A DNA stretch of 64,000 nt from Candidatus Multivoradales bacterium (GTDB taxonomy: Bacteria; Acidobacteriota; Thermoanaerobaculia; Multivoradales; Multivoraceae): positions 3,968,001 to 4,032,000 of the forward strand of contig CBDCWI010000002.1 of NCBI GenBank assembly GCA_965223325.1, written 5' to 3'. The position numbers and the translations under genes were made by a program. The notes beneath the pieces are model-generated. The model saw only the letters and a list, made by a program, of their open reading frames with translations, did no database searches and was not told where the DNA came from. Of this stretch, positions 1 through 10,887 are shown piece by piece. Numbering within the stretch: the first letter of the stretch is position 1; each line of letters starts with the position of its first letter.

Positions 1-1008
1 ATGACTGGTGCTACTGGTCAGGACGGTTCCTACCTCGCCGAGCTGTTGCTCGAGAAGGACTATGAAGTCTGGGGTATGGCGCGGCGCCTTTCGACTCCGA
101 ACGAGTGGCGGCTTCGCGACGTGCTCGACGGTCCCAACCGCGATCGCTTTCATCTGGTTGAAGGGGACCTGGGCGATTCTTCATCGATCTATCGTCTCCT
201 GGCTGAGATCCGCCCGCACGAGGTCTACAACCTGGCAGCGCAATCGCACGTTCAGGTTTCGTTCGAGGTGCCGGACTACACGGGTGATGTCACCGCCCTG
301 GGGTGCACGCGGCTGCTCGAGGCAATTCGTGTGCTGGGGCTCGACGCTCGCTTCTACCAGGCCTCGTCGTCGGAGATGTACGGCAAGGTTGTCGAAACGC
401 CGCAGACCGAGGCGACGCCCTTTCACCCACGAAGCCCCTACGCGGTGGCCAAGGTCTATGCGTTTCACATCACCCGGAACTATCGGGAGGCTTTCGGTCA
501 GTTCGCGGTCAATGGCATTCTTTTCAATCACGAGTCGCCGCGCCGTGGCGACACCTTCGTGACCCGCAAGATCACCCTTGGCGCAGCGGCGATTCGGGCG
601 GGCAGCCAGGAGACCCTACGGCTCGGCAATCTAGACGCGAGTCGAGACTGGGGGTTTGCTGGAGATTACGTCGAGGCGATGTGGCTGATGCTCCAGGCTG
701 AAGAGCCAGAGGACTACGTCGTTGCAATGGGCGAGACCCACACGGTGCGCGAGTTTTGCGAGCTGGCGTTTGGACGGGTGGGTCTACCGCTCGAGTGGCG
801 TGGCAAGGGCGTCGACGAGAAAGGCTATGGGCCCGGCGGCAAGCTGCTCGTCGAAGTCGATCCCCAGTTCTTTCGCCCGGCCGAGGTCGACTTCCTGCTT
901 GGAGACGCGACCAAAGCACGCGACGAAATCGGCTGGACGCCGAGGACGAGCTTCAAGGAGCTTGTCGAGATGATGGTCGACGCCGATATGGCCGACGCCC
1001 AGGCCTAG
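1..1008 (+). CDS. gmd: GDP-mannose 4,6-dehydratase (probably 5'-truncated at window edge)
   Basis: [54 protein letters not shown] and RDWG motifs. Confidence 0.96.
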   Translation: MTGATGQDGSYLAELLLEKDYEVWGMARRLSTPNEWRLRDVLDGPNRDRFHLVEGDLGDSSSIYRLLAEIRPHEVYNLAAQSHVQVSFEVPDYTGDVTALGCTRLLEAIRVLGLDARFYQASSSEMYGKVVETPQTEATPFHPRSPYAVAKVYAFHITRNYREAFGQFAVNGILFNHESPRRGDTFVTRKITLGAAAIRAGSQETLRLGNLDASRDWGFAGDYVEAMWLMLQAEEPEDYVVAMGETHTVREFCELAFGRVGLPLEWRGKGVDEKGYGPGGKLLVEVDPQFFRPAEVDFLLGDATKARDEIGWTPRTSFKELVEMMVDADMADAQA

Positions 1009-2990
1009 CCGGCGGCGGTTGCACGCGGCCGAAAGAGCAGGATCGCCGCCTCTTCCTGAGCACCTTCGAGACGGGCGTCGTTGATGATCTCGGAGAGGAC
1101 CGTGATGATCTCAGCCTCGCGGCCGTCGCGCACCAGGTCGCCGAGTCGGTTCATGACGCGGTGCAGGTGAGCGGACTCGACCGGTTCGGCCATCAGGGTC
1201 GCGAAAATCTTGCTGTGGCGGGTGAGTCGGAAGTGCTCCCCCGACTGCTCGAGCTCCTCGCGCAGCTTCTCGCCAGGGCGAATACCGGTAATGAAGATGT
1301 CGATGTCTTCGCCCGGCCGTAGGCCCGACAACCGAATCATGTCGCGGGCGAGGTCGATGATCTTGACCGGTTCGCCCATGTCTAGCATGAGCACCTCGCC
1401 GGCGCGTCCCAGAGCGCCGGCCTGCAGGACCAGCCGCGACGCTTCGGGAATCGTCATGAAGTAGCGCACCATGTCTTCGTGGGTCACCGTGACCGGGCCA
1501 CCCCTCTCGATCTGCTCGCGGAAGATCGGTACCACCGATCCGGCCGAACCGAGAACGTTGCCGAAGCGCACGGCAACGAAGCGGGTTTCGGAACGTTTGT
1601 CGAGGTCCTGGATCACCAGTTCGGCGAGCCGCTTACTAGCACCCATGACCGACGAGGGGCGTACCGCCTTGTCGGTGGAGACCAAGACGAAGGAGCGTGT
1701 TCGATACTCGCTGGCCAGCTGGGCAACCATGCGTGTGCCGAAGACGTTGTTCTTGATCGCAACGGCAACGTTACGTTCGAGCAGGGGAACATGCTTGTGG
1801 GCGGCGGCGTGGAAGACGACCTCGGGTAGGTAGGTCTCGAAGGCGCCGCGCATGGCGGTCTCGTCGCCGACATCGATCACCAACGGGATGCACTCGAAGT
1901 CGTGGTCTTCCTGGATCATCTCGCGGTGAATCGCGAACAATGAGGGCTCCGAGCGCTCGATGAGGAGCAATCGATCGGGCTTGTAGGTCGCGATCTGGCG
2001 CACCAGCTCGGCGCCGATTGATCCGCCGGCGCCGGTCACCATGATGGTGCGTCCGGTGAGGAAGCGTTCGAGTCCCTTCTGGTCGATCTCGACCGGCGGT
2101 CTGCCAAGCAGGTCTTCGATCCGTACTTCACGTAGTCGTTGCACATTGACCGCCCCATCGAGCAGATCGGTCAGGTCCGGGATCACTTTGAGCTCGACGT
2201 CGAGGTGCTCGCAGAGGTCGACGAGCCGACGGATGACCCGTCGACTGGCGCGAGCACCGGTATAGACAACGAGTTCGATTTCGTTCTGGCGCACGACGGC
2301 CTCGAGGTCCGCGGTCGTGCCGAGGACCGGCGCACCACCAACACGTGTGCCAACGAGGTTCGCATCGTCATCGACGAAACCGACGACGTCGAGGCCCGAC
2401 TCAGGACGGTTTCGGCAGTCATCGGCCACCCGTGCCCCAGAGCGACCCGTTCCAACCAGAAGGGTGCGGCGGAGGCGACGGTGCGGTTCGGTCGACGCGG
2501 CTTCGAAACGCTCCCAGACGATGCGTCGCATCATGCGCAGCCCGAGAACACCGCCGAAGGCCAACGCGGTGTCGATCAGGATAATGGAAAGCGGGACACG
2601 CCATTCCTGCCAGGCTTCAGGTAGCCCAAGGCGGAGTGCGATGGCGGGGATCGCCGAGATCAGGCCAGCGCGCGCGAAGGCCTGGACCTCGCCTAGCGCT
2701 ACGTAGCGCCAGATGAATCGGTAGACCCCCAGCACGTAGAGGGTGACGAACTGCACAAGAACCACGAAGGGTGCCTGCACAAGGGCGTGGTTGAGGGCAT
2801 CGGCAGGAATGTTGAAGTCGAAGCGCAGCAGGTAGGCGGCTGCGAAGGCGGCGGCGAGAACGAGCAGATCGAGGAGGAACTGCATCTCGCGAGTGAGGTT
2901 CTTTTGCCAGATGTTGAGAAGCGAATTGGGCATTTCGAGGGAGTAGGGCTCGGCGGAGTTGGAGGAAAAGAGGTCGAGAGATGAACCCAA
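1005..2990 (-). CDS. CapD/PglF/WbpM-like membrane nucleoside-diphosphate sugar 4,6-dehydratase
   Basis: N-terminal TM helices; [50 protein letters not shown]. Start is TTG 2990 or ATG 2933. Confidence 0.93.
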   Translation of the reverse strand: MGSSLDLFSSNSAEPYSLEMPNSLLNIWQKNLTREMQFLLDLLVLAAAFAAAYLLRFDFNIPADALNHALVQAPFVVLVQFVTLYVLGVYRFIWRYVALGEVQAFARAGLISAIPAIALRLGLPEAWQEWRVPLSIILIDTALAFGGVLGLRMMRRIVWERFEAASTEPHRRLRRTLLVGTGRSGARVADDCRNRPESGLDVVGFVDDDANLVGTRVGGAPVLGTTADLEAVVRQNEIELVVYTGARASRRVIRRLVDLCEHLDVELKVIPDLTDLLDGAVNVQRLREVRIEDLLGRPPVEIDQKGLERFLTGRTIMVTGAGGSIGAELVRQIATYKPDRLLLIERSEPSLFAIHREMIQEDHDFECIPLVIDVGDETAMRGAFETYLPEVVFHAAAHKHVPLLERNVAVAIKNNVFGTRMVAQLASEYRTRSFVLVSTDKAVRPSSVMGASKRLAELVIQDLDKRSETRFVAVRFGNVLGSAGSVVPIFREQIERGGPVTVTHEDMVRYFMTIPEASRLVLQAGALGRAGEVLMLDMGEPVKIIDLARDMIRLSGLRPGEDIDIFITGIRPGEKLREELEQSGEHFRLTRHSKIFATLMAEPVESAHLHRVMNRLGDLVRDGREAEIITVLSEIINDARLEGAQEEAAILLFRPRATAAG

Positions 2991-3002
2991 CGGGCAAGGT
3001 CG

Positions 3003-3030
3003 AGTCTAGCATAGAAATACTAGAAAACAA
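3003..3030 (-). promoter_or_regulatory. sigma70-like promoter for the CapD-like gene
   Basis: Minus strand TTGTTT-16 nt-TAGACT with an extended -10 TG, in an AT-rich gap. Confidence 0.45.
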
Positions 3031-3064
3031 GCTTAAAAGAGTCTTGGGCCAGGGGGGGTCCCTC

Positions 3065-3712
3065 TCATGAGCTGAGTTCGAGGTCGCGGCGCGGGCGAAG
3101 CACTGCGACCAGGGTGGCCAAGAGCGTGCCGAGGTCGGTCAAACCGCTGCGTCGACGGCCGTACGCGAGGTAGCCCTCGAGCTTCTTCGGCAGGAGCTGC
3201 TGGCGATAGAAGTCCTCGGGGTTCTCTCCGTTCCGTCGGGCGGCTCGAAGCACGCCCTCCTCGTCGCGAAGCGTGATCGCGACGGGGTCGGTAATGCCCG
3301 GGCGCATCGCCAGGACCTCCTGCCAGCGCGGGTCGTCGAGGTCGACGTAGCGCTCGACCTCCGGCCTTGGTCCCACCAGGTCCATCTCGCCGCGCAGCAC
3401 ATTGATCAGCTGTGGGAGCTCGTCGCATTTGGTGGCGCGCAGCCACCGACCGACGGTGGTGATGCGCCGGTCTCCGGCTTCGGTGACCATCGGACCCCTG
3501 GTGGGTGCGCCGCCAACTTCGCTTCGCATGGTGCGAAACTTGAGAATCTCGAAGGGCTGTCCGCCGAGCCCGACTCGCCGCTGGCGAAACAGCACAGGGC
3601 CCGGTGAAGTCACCCGCACGGCGACTGCGGCGAGCAGCATGAGTGGAGAAAACAGCACCAGGGCGCCGGCTGCCCCCAGGAGCTGCACGCTGCGCGGCAG
3701 TCCACCGGTCAT
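3065..3712 (-). CDS. Bacterial sugar transferase (priming phosphoglycosyl transferase, small form)
   Basis: SPGPVLFRQ.RVG, KFRTM, DELPQLINVLRGEM.LVGPRP, RPGITD. Confidence 0.92.
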   Translation of the reverse strand: MTGGLPRSVQLLGAAGALVLFSPLMLLAAVAVRVTSPGPVLFRQRRVGLGGQPFEILKFRTMRSEVGGAPTRGPMVTEAGDRRITTVGRWLRATKCDELPQLINVLRGEMDLVGPRPEVERYVDLDDPRWQEVLAMRPGITDPVAITLRDEEGVLRAARRNGENPEDFYRQQLLPKKLEGYLAYGRRRSGLTDLGTLLATLVAVLRPRRDLELSS

Positions 3713-4944
3713 CGTGCCGCATCCTCGAGGAGCGACTGCAGAGTTCGGGTGACATGGGACACTTCTTCGTCACGCATCCCTGGGAAGACTGGCAGTGAGA
3801 TGAGACGCGGAAAGAGCGCCGTCGCCTGAGGAAGTTCGTCGGCCTGCCACCCCTGGTTCTCCGACCAGTAGGGGTGAAGATGGAGTGGGCGCCAGTGAAC
3901 GGAGAAGCCCACGCCGCGGCTGCGCAAGTCCTGGACGATCTCGTCGCGACTTCTGGTGAGCGTCTCGAGCCGCAGACGAATGGGAAACAGATGCCAGGAG
4001 TGAACGCGGTCATCGGGGTCAGGCGGACACTCGAACATCTCGTTGTCACTGAATTCATGCAGGTAGCGGCGTGCGATGGCCTCGCGCTCGCGGCGCATGG
4101 GCTCAGCGCGAGCTAGCTGGTGGAGGCCGATGGCGGCAGCAATGTCGGTGAGGTTGTACTTGTAGCCGGGAGCCAGGATTCGATAGTCCCACTGACCCGA
4201 GCCGGAGTAGCGCTTCCAGGCGTCCTTGGAAAGCCCATGCAGGGACATGAGACGCATCTCTTCGAGCAAGGTGGCATCGCTGGTGACGGCCATGCCACCT
4301 TCACCGGTGGTGATGGTCTTGTTGGCGTAGAAGGAAAAGCAGGAGACGCGCGCCGTGTTCTCGCCACAACGCTGGGTCAGAACGTTGCCGTTGTCGTCGG
4401 TTCGGGTGACCGCAGCTGGAAAGCTGTGGGCAGCATCTTCGACCATCCAGAGTTGGTGCTCGCGAGCGAAGTCTTCGAGCTCGGTCGGATCGATCAAGAG
4501 GCCCGCCACGTGTACCGGCAGCAAGCCAACCAGGGGGCCGGGCGCGGTGACTCCCAGGCGGCGTGGGAGGTCACCACTCCGCCACGCGGCGACCTTGCGA
4601 GCCGCGTCGGCCAGGCAGATGTTGCCGGTCGTTGGATCGCAGTCGACCAGCACGACGGTCGCGTGGCTGTAGCGCACGACCTCGGCGGTCGCCGCAAAGG
4701 TCATGGTGGGTACCAGGACCGCATCGTTGGGCTTCAGGCCGAGCGCGACAAGAGCCAGGTGGAGCGCCGCCGTACACGAGTTGACCGCCAGGGCATGCTC
4801 TGCGCCTACCGCCTCGGCAAACTGCTCCTCGAAGCGCCGGACACGTGGGCCGGTGGTCAACCACCCGGAGCGTAGGGCATCGCTGACTTCGCGGATCGCC
4901 TCTTCGGAGATCTGCGGTCTGAAGAAGGGCACTTCGATGGTCAT
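3709..4944 (-). CDS. DegT/DnrJ/EryC1/StrS family NDP-sugar aminotransferase
   Basis: SGWLTTGP, NSCTAALHL, EDAAH, FSFYANKTITTGEGG, GYKYNLTD. Start reassigned to ATG 4944 (MTIEVPFF), overlapping the upstream stop. Confidence 0.93.
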   Translation of the reverse strand: MTIEVPFFRPQISEEAIREVSDALRSGWLTTGPRVRRFEEQFAEAVGAEHALAVNSCTAALHLALVALGLKPNDAVLVPTMTFAATAEVVRYSHATVVLVDCDPTTGNICLADAARKVAAWRSGDLPRRLGVTAPGPLVGLLPVHVAGLLIDPTELEDFAREHQLWMVEDAAHSFPAAVTRTDDNGNVLTQRCGENTARVSCFSFYANKTITTGEGGMAVTSDATLLEEMRLMSLHGLSKDAWKRYSGSGQWDYRILAPGYKYNLTDIAAAIGLHQLARAEPMRREREAIARRYLHEFSDNEMFECPPDPDDRVHSWHLFPIRLRLETLTRSRDEIVQDLRSRGVGFSVHWRPLHLHPYWSENQGWQADELPQATALFPRLISLPVFPGMRDEEVSHVTRTLQSLLEDAAR

Positions 4945-6161
4945 GACGTGCCGCCCTCGGTAGCAGGCTCGGTGCCAGCGCGCGGCTTCGGCTGGCCTTT
5001 CGATGACACCCGGTGTGAAGCAGCTGACGGCCGCGTCGGCGACAGCGGTGTCGAGGAGAGTGCCCGCCGCCCGAGGTGCCTCAAGCGGCGCCACCAGAAA
5101 GGACCGCCTTCGACCTGACGTTCGACGACTCCCGGGTGTGCCCAGACGCGGCGCAACGCGGTGCGTGCGCCGGCGCGGGTTTCGCGACCTGCAAGCAGGC
5201 GTCGGCCGACGATCGAGCTCAGACGCACCGCGCTCGGGCCACGCTGCTCGAGAGTTCGAAGAAGTGCGGCTTCTCGGCCACGGAGAGTTGTCATGAGCCG
5301 GTCGCGGAGTCGCTTCTGTACTTCGTCTCCGGGCCAACAACGAGCTACGACGTGTGTCGAGAGCAAAACGGGGAGGCCGATGCCGAGGTCCTTGGCCCGT
5401 GTGGTCACCAGAGCGATGAACTGCTCGTCGTCCAGGTGGTCGGGTTTGGCCCGCGCGAGAAGGTGTACGTCCCACCAGTCGAGTAGGGACCGCGGTCGGT
5501 GCCCGAGCCAGGCATGGACGGCCGCGAGGATGAAGGCCCAGGCACGGTCGATAGTCCAGCCACCGTCCTCGCTCTCGATCCGGTCGGCCAGGATCAGCTC
5601 GACGGTGCGCTCAGGCAGCAGCGACCAGAGGCGGAAGTGGACCTCGAGAAGGTCGCCCTGCGGACTCTCTGCCGACCATGCGTACCCCTCTTCCTGGAGA
5701 TAGCGTTCGGAACGAACGCCGTTCCAGAGACTCTTCCAGGAAAGCCCTCCGAGTCTTGCCCGGACCACGGGGAGGTTCTGAGGGGAGACCAGAATGTCGA
5801 GATCTGACATGGGGCGGTCTTCGCGGCAGCGATGCGCCGCCGTAGCGGTATAGAGCCCCTTGATCGGGAGCCACACCACCTCAGACAACGCCTCCCTGAG
5901 AGCAGCGTGGGTTGCCTCCTGCCGCATCCATGCCGCGGTCGACGAGCGCAGAGCCTCTCGCCAAGCCTCGGGAACTTCGAAACCGTGGTCGGCGAGCCGG
6001 CGCGCCAGGGCCGGCCACAGGTCCGCCTGGTCACAGAGAGAGTCCGGCGAGCGGACGCACTCTTCGAGCGCATCCGGGTTCTGCGCCAGGGCCGAAGCGG
6101 CAAGTTCGAGGCTCTCCCACTCGCTATGCCCTGTTGCTTTCGCGTGACGGTGACGCGTCAT
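4941..6161 (-). CDS. NTP_transf_5-like (uncharacterised) nucleotidyltransferase family protein
   Basis: LPIKGL...RPMSDLDILV, LEVHFRL and a later LLDWWDV; typical KG..RxxxDxD pattern. Confidence 0.8.
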   Translation of the reverse strand: MTRHRHAKATGHSEWESLELAASALAQNPDALEECVRSPDSLCDQADLWPALARRLADHGFEVPEAWREALRSSTAAWMRQEATHAALREALSEVVWLPIKGLYTATAAHRCREDRPMSDLDILVSPQNLPVVRARLGGLSWKSLWNGVRSERYLQEEGYAWSAESPQGDLLEVHFRLWSLLPERTVELILADRIESEDGGWTIDRAWAFILAAVHAWLGHRPRSLLDWWDVHLLARAKPDHLDDEQFIALVTTRAKDLGIGLPVLLSTHVVARCWPGDEVQKRLRDRLMTTLRGREAALLRTLEQRGPSAVRLSSIVGRRLLAGRETRAGARTALRRVWAHPGVVERQVEGGPFWWRRLRHLGRRALSSTPLSPTRPSAASHRVSSKGQPKPRAGTEPATEGGTS

Positions 6162-6973
6162 GGCGAGCCACCCTCGTCAATGGGGTCCTCGGAGGGTTCG
6201 ATGATGGCCACCCAGTGCGTACGCAGGACAGGGAGCGTTTCGCTTGCGGCGACCAACAGCCGTCGCCACGATCCAGGCTCTCGGCCCAATATGCGACGCA
6301 GAATTGGTGGCGCCAGGGTCACGGCCCGCAAGTGAATGCGACAACCTGGAAAGAGCTCTTCCAGTTCCGCAGCGGAGACCCTTCGGACCGCAGGGTTCTT
6401 CGGGTTGTCTCTTCGCAGGTCGTACCAGACCAGGGCACCACGGTGATGTAGGACGCGGCGCGCCTCGCGGCAAACCAGGCTGCGCACGCGTGGATCGAGA
6501 ATCGACGAGACGACGGTGGAGAGAATCACCAGGTCGAAGGAAGCCTCGTTCCACGGCAGTGAAGTGGCGTCACCTTCCAGGATCTCGGCACCTTCGAACG
6601 CCCGCCGCGCCTGACTGGCACGTTCAGCGTCGAGGTCGATGCCTGAGATGTTGTGCGTCGGAATCCCCCAGGATGTGAGTTCGCCGAGCCAGCCGAGCCG
6701 CCCGCATCCCACCTCGAGGCAGCGACTGTGAGGCATCGGGAAGCGGCCCGCCTGATGCAACAGGCGTACGGCTTCGCGCGACCGTTCCTGTCGCATGTGC
6801 ATCTCAGCGGGCGAAGTGGCGGCGTAGCGCCCCACCGGCACCTCATTCGTGCGCCGGCGGTATTCGGCGAGGATCCTCTCTCGTTCAGTCCTCACGTGTG
6901 AAGGATCATCGGGAGCGGGCGCAGCGCGGCGGTGTGGTTGCGCCAGGGGAGAAGTATTGGATGCCGACGTCAT
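6158..6973 (-). CDS. Class I SAM-dependent methyltransferase
   Basis: LEVGCGRLG, GIDLD, GDATSLPW...SFDLV. Start reassigned to ATG 6973. Confidence 0.85.
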   Translation of the reverse strand: MTSASNTSPLAQPHRRAAPAPDDPSHVRTERERILAEYRRRTNEVPVGRYAATSPAEMHMRQERSREAVRLLHQAGRFPMPHSRCLEVGCGRLGWLGELTSWGIPTHNISGIDLDAERASQARRAFEGAEILEGDATSLPWNEASFDLVILSTVVSSILDPRVRSLVCREARRVLHHRGALVWYDLRRDNPKNPAVRRVSAAELEELFPGCRIHLRAVTLAPPILRRILGREPGSWRRLLVAASETLPVLRTHWVAIIEPSEDPIDEGGSP

Positions 6974-8169
6974 GTCAGTCCTCCGGTGACGTCTCGAGGT
7001 TTCGACTCGCTGGCTGCGGCGCTCCGGGCCGGTGGGCGACCCAACAGCGCTCTCGAGATGCTCCGTATGAGTTGTGGCGCAAAGCGCAGCAGGCCTGCGG
7101 TGAAGCCAAGGCCATACCCCACGTGCATGGCGGCGAACGCGCAGCAGAGCAGCGCGACGAGAGCGGGGGTTGAAGAGCCCTCCGTAGCGACAACCTCTGA
7201 CTCCTGATCGGTGACATCGGTGGTCCTTCTTCGGCGTCTCCACGCAACGTGAATGGCAGCCAACAGGCTGGCGCCAAGGTAGGACAGGACGATGGCCAGA
7301 AGAACACGCGGCTCGATGGGAAGCAGGCAAAGCCCGACGAGCAACGACATGACGAATGCGGCCGGCACGAATTGGCGCGCGCTCATCTGGCGGGGGTGCT
7401 TCTTCAGAACGCGGACCTTGAACCATCCGTACTGAAGGTACTGACGGAAGAGACGACCCATCGAAGGCCGCGACCAGTACCGTGACTTCAGGTCGGGGTG
7501 CAAGACGATGCGCTCGCCCAGCTTGCGCAAGCGGTAGTTGTACTCGTCGTCTTGATTGCGTACCAGCGTTTCGTCGAAAGGACCGGCGCGTTCGAGGGCG
7601 CGGCGGCGATAGGCTGGAAAGGCGACGGTGTCGACCTCTCGAGGTCCCAGCGCCCGGTCGCCAGGCTCTGCAACGCGAAACGCCGAGCCGCCAACGCCGA
7701 AGTGCGAGGCCATGGCGAGAGAGATCGCAGTTGGGGTCAGCCCGGGCTGACCACTGGCATCATGTGCGATCGTCTCCATCGCTCCGCCGACGCCGGCGGC
7801 GTTCGAGTGCTCGAGAAAGTCGACCGCCTTCGCGATGTAGTCCGGTGCGATGACACAATGGCCATCGACGCGCACGACGTAGGCGCCGCGTGCTCTGTCG
7901 ATGGCGGTGTTCCAGCCGGTCGGGACGATTCCCGGCGGGTTGTCGAGAATGTGCACGCGGTCGCTCGCCTCCGCCTTGCGAGCGGCGGCGAGAATGCGCG
8001 GGCGCGTGGCATCTGTCGACATCCCGTCGGCAATCAGGATCTCGACCCGATCGCGGGGATAGGTCTGTTCGAGAACCGCACCAAGGCTTCGCTCGATGAA
8101 GTCCGCCTCGTTGCGAATCGGCATGATGACGCTGACGAAGGGCACGTCGGTGCCGGTTGCTTCGCTCAT
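6970..8169 (-). CDS. GT2 glycosyltransferase (ExoA-like)
   Basis: SVIMPIRNE, ADGMSTD, RVDGH, RNQDDEYNYRL, C-terminal TM helices. ATG 8169 overlaps the upstream stop. Confidence 0.9.
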   Translation of the reverse strand: MSEATGTDVPFVSVIMPIRNEADFIERSLGAVLEQTYPRDRVEILIADGMSTDATRPRILAAARKAEASDRVHILDNPPGIVPTGWNTAIDRARGAYVVRVDGHCVIAPDYIAKAVDFLEHSNAAGVGGAMETIAHDASGQPGLTPTAISLAMASHFGVGGSAFRVAEPGDRALGPREVDTVAFPAYRRRALERAGPFDETLVRNQDDEYNYRLRKLGERIVLHPDLKSRYWSRPSMGRLFRQYLQYGWFKVRVLKKHPRQMSARQFVPAAFVMSLLVGLCLLPIEPRVLLAIVLSYLGASLLAAIHVAWRRRRRTTDVTDQESEVVATEGSSTPALVALLCCAFAAMHVGYGLGFTAGLLRFAPQLIRSISRALLGRPPARSAAASESKPRDVTGGLT

Positions 8170-9581
8170 CGTGAGGCGGCCTTCCGCTGGAGCGGTCTGG
8201 GGAGTTGACGCCACTCAATGGCGCACAGAGCGAAGAGAATGCTGATGGCGGCGATGCGCATGCCGGCGTGCATCATCGTTGCCAGAGACCAGGCGCAGAA
8301 CGTGAGGATGAAGGAACGCGTCATGATCGAAGGCGCCACGAGCCAGCGCGTTGCAATCGTGCCGAGGAGAATCAGAAGAGCCAGGACTCCGAAGGCGCCA
8401 TGTTCTGCGAGCAGACGGGTGTACTCGGTGTGGGGAGCGACGAACCAACCGGTCTTGAGGAAGCGTTCGTAGGATGCGAGCCCGGCGCCGGTTCCGAGGA
8501 CAGGGTTCTCGAGGAAGAGCTCGACGTCCTGCGACGCGATCTCGGCTCGTCCTGTGCTGTTGAGCGATGTGAAGCGTTCCTCGAACGCGCCTCCGGTGAA
8601 CGAATCAAGAGCTGGAATGGCGACGAAGTAGGCGAGGGCGAACGCGAACGAGAAGAACGCCAGGAACAAGGCGCGCTGGCGCGGCCTCCTGAGGTAGTGG
8701 GCGGTGAGGACGGCCAGGCAGATGGCCAGGTTGAAGACCCCTCCTCGAGAAAAGGTCAGGACCGCTTGCAAGAGCAGGCCAAGGGCGATTCCCGAATAGA
8801 TGAGTCGTGCAGAAAGCACGCGGGTGCGCATGAAGAGAAGCAGGAAGACAAGGGTTCCCGCGCATAGAAGAGCCGACACCTGGTTGGGGCCGTAGCCGCC
8901 GCTGGCGGTGAAGTTGGCGGCGTTGCCGAACGAGAAGGAGCTGGCCGTCAACGTGCCCCGTGCTGCCACGGCGCCGGTTGTCGTCGCCGCGAGGCCGATG
9001 GCGAGTAGGAGCTTGTCGAAGTCGATCTCGTACGATGCGACGCCCGAGAAAAAGCACAGCCCGATCCCGAGCGTCAGCGGCCCCGACAGGTTGAAGCTCA
9101 AGGCGTCTTTCGCGTTGGCGAGGCTCAGTAGAGAGATCGTCACGATGGCTCCAGGCAGGAGCGCGAGTAGATAGGCGGTAGCCCAGGGTGCTGCGCTGCC
9201 CAGACGGGAGCGACGAAGGCCGGCGATCAGCATGATCGCGATGGAGGCGTACTTCCCGAACTCCCACAGAAGGCTGGCCTCGGTCATGCGCCAGAAGACG
9301 TCGAAGCAGCCGATGTAGACGACCATGGCGGTCAAGCGATCCGCTCGCCGGCTGGTGATCGCAAGGTAGAGGCCGTAGCTCAAGGCAACCAGCCCGTGGA
9401 CGGTAGAAACAACGCTCGCCAGATCGGCAGCCGCCCCGAGGATCACATGGAGTCCGATGAGGGCCATGATCTGGAAACGCGAGAGCCTCGCCGTCGGCAG
9501 ACCGTGGGCCGTCATGGGTAGCGGTCTGGTGTTTGGCTGCCTGCGCCAGGTTGTTGGCAGGGTTGTAGTGGTGACCGTCAT
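8166..9581 (-). CDS. O-antigen ligase/Wzy-family membrane protein
   Basis: About 10 TM helices; GPNQ, TFSRGG, STGR, PVLGTGAG, APHTEYTRLLAEHG. Confidence 0.8.
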   Translation of the reverse strand: MTVTTTTLPTTWRRQPNTRPLPMTAHGLPTARLSRFQIMALIGLHVILGAAADLASVVSTVHGLVALSYGLYLAITSRRADRLTAMVVYIGCFDVFWRMTEASLLWEFGKYASIAIMLIAGLRRSRLGSAAPWATAYLLALLPGAIVTISLLSLANAKDALSFNLSGPLTLGIGLCFFSGVASYEIDFDKLLLAIGLAATTTGAVAARGTLTASSFSFGNAANFTASGGYGPNQVSALLCAGTLVFLLLFMRTRVLSARLIYSGIALGLLLQAVLTFSRGGVFNLAICLAVLTAHYLRRPRQRALFLAFFSFAFALAYFVAIPALDSFTGGAFEERFTSLNSTGRAEIASQDVELFLENPVLGTGAGLASYERFLKTGWFVAPHTEYTRLLAEHGAFGVLALLILLGTIATRWLVAPSIMTRSFILTFCAWSLATMMHAGMRIAAISILFALCAIEWRQLPRPLQRKAASR

Positions 9582-10885
9582 GCGGCGCGCTCCCGATCCT
9601 GCCGGTGTTCCTCGAGGGCCTGGCGGTAGAAGCGGTCGAAGCGTTCGGTCTGCTGATCGATCCTGAAGTGGTCGAGCACTCGCTGGCGGCCGGCCCGGCC
9701 GAACCGCACGCGGAGGTCACGCGCGTTGGCCAGTTTGTGCAGCTGGTTGGCGAGGGCCCGGGGATCTCGGCGCGGCACTACGAAACCGGTGACCCCGTCT
9801 TCGACGTTCTCTGCCAGGCCGGTGGCGTCGGTTGTCACCACCGGCAAACACATCGCCTGAGCCTCCAGAACCGCGTTGCAGAAGCCCTCGGAGACGGCGG
9901 TGTGGAGGAACACGTCGGCTCGGTCGAGGTGGTCCCTGGTCGACTCCGGTGATTGCCAGCCCAGCAGTCGCACCTGATCGCTCAGGCCGTATCGGTGCGC
10001 CTCGAAGGCGATCGCCTGGCGCTCGGGGCCATCACCAACGATTGACCACTGCACGTTCTGGCCTTTTCGCGCCAGTTCGGCGAGAGCCCGCACGCCATAG
10101 TGGTAGCCCTTCTTCCACACCAGTCGGCCAACCGAGACCAGGCGGAGACTCTGGTCGTCTGTCGTTTCCGACGGTCCAGAGGAGGGGGTGCGGGTGCCGG
10201 GCTTGAAGAACTCGGGGTCGATGGCCGGCGGGATCCTGTCTTTGACGAGGTCTGGAGGGCAGCCGCGTTGGCGCGCACGATGTGACAGCCCTTCGCCGAG
10301 TACATGAACGCGCGACAGGTGCGGCCAGACCTCGCGGTAGTGCTCGCGAAGGTCGGTCTCACCCTCGCGCAGGTCGAGACCGGCGTACTCGAGATCGAAG
10401 CCTCGGAAGCTGGCAGTGACGCAGATCCCCAGGAGGGCCCTCAAGTCGGCTCGGCCGCGGGCCTGTGCGCCAAACTCGAAGTGCACGATGTCCGGGCGCA
10501 AGGACATGACGGGCGCCTCGATCAGGAACGAACGCAGGGCCCCGCGTCGGTCCTCTTCAGAGCGGAGCCCGGCCCAGAACCGGTGCACTTGGCGAGGCTC
10601 TCGGAGCAAGGGGCCGAGCGCGGTGAAGATCGCTTTGAAACGGCCGATGCCGTGCCAGCTGGTGGCACTATGAATTCGACCCGCTACCCTGCGGTCGCGT
10701 AGAGCTGGTAGCGCATCGATGAGGTCGAAGTTGGCCTGGCGGCAGCAGACGTGTACGTCCCAGCCCAGATCGAGTAGGCCGGCGAAGCGACTGGCAATGA
10801 AGGTTTCCGAGCGCGAGGGAAACTCCTGGGTCAGCAGCAGGAGACGCCCTCTCTCGTCGGAGGATCGCTGTGGTCGAGCTTCCAT
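9578..10885 (-). CDS. GT4 glycosyltransferase
   Basis: SETFI, SVGRLVWKKG, SEGFCNAVLEAQA (EX7E). Confidence 0.9.
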   Translation of the reverse strand: MEARPQRSSDERGRLLLLTQEFPSRSETFIASRFAGLLDLGWDVHVCCRQANFDLIDALPALRDRRVAGRIHSATSWHGIGRFKAIFTALGPLLREPRQVHRFWAGLRSEEDRRGALRSFLIEAPVMSLRPDIVHFEFGAQARGRADLRALLGICVTASFRGFDLEYAGLDLREGETDLREHYREVWPHLSRVHVLGEGLSHRARQRGCPPDLVKDRIPPAIDPEFFKPGTRTPSSGPSETTDDQSLRLVSVGRLVWKKGYHYGVRALAELARKGQNVQWSIVGDGPERQAIAFEAHRYGLSDQVRLLGWQSPESTRDHLDRADVFLHTAVSEGFCNAVLEAQAMCLPVVTTDATGLAENVEDGVTGFVVPRRDPRALANQLHKLANARDLRVRFGRAGRQRVLDHFRIDQQTERFDRFYRQALEEHRQDRERAA

Positions 10886-10887
10886 GG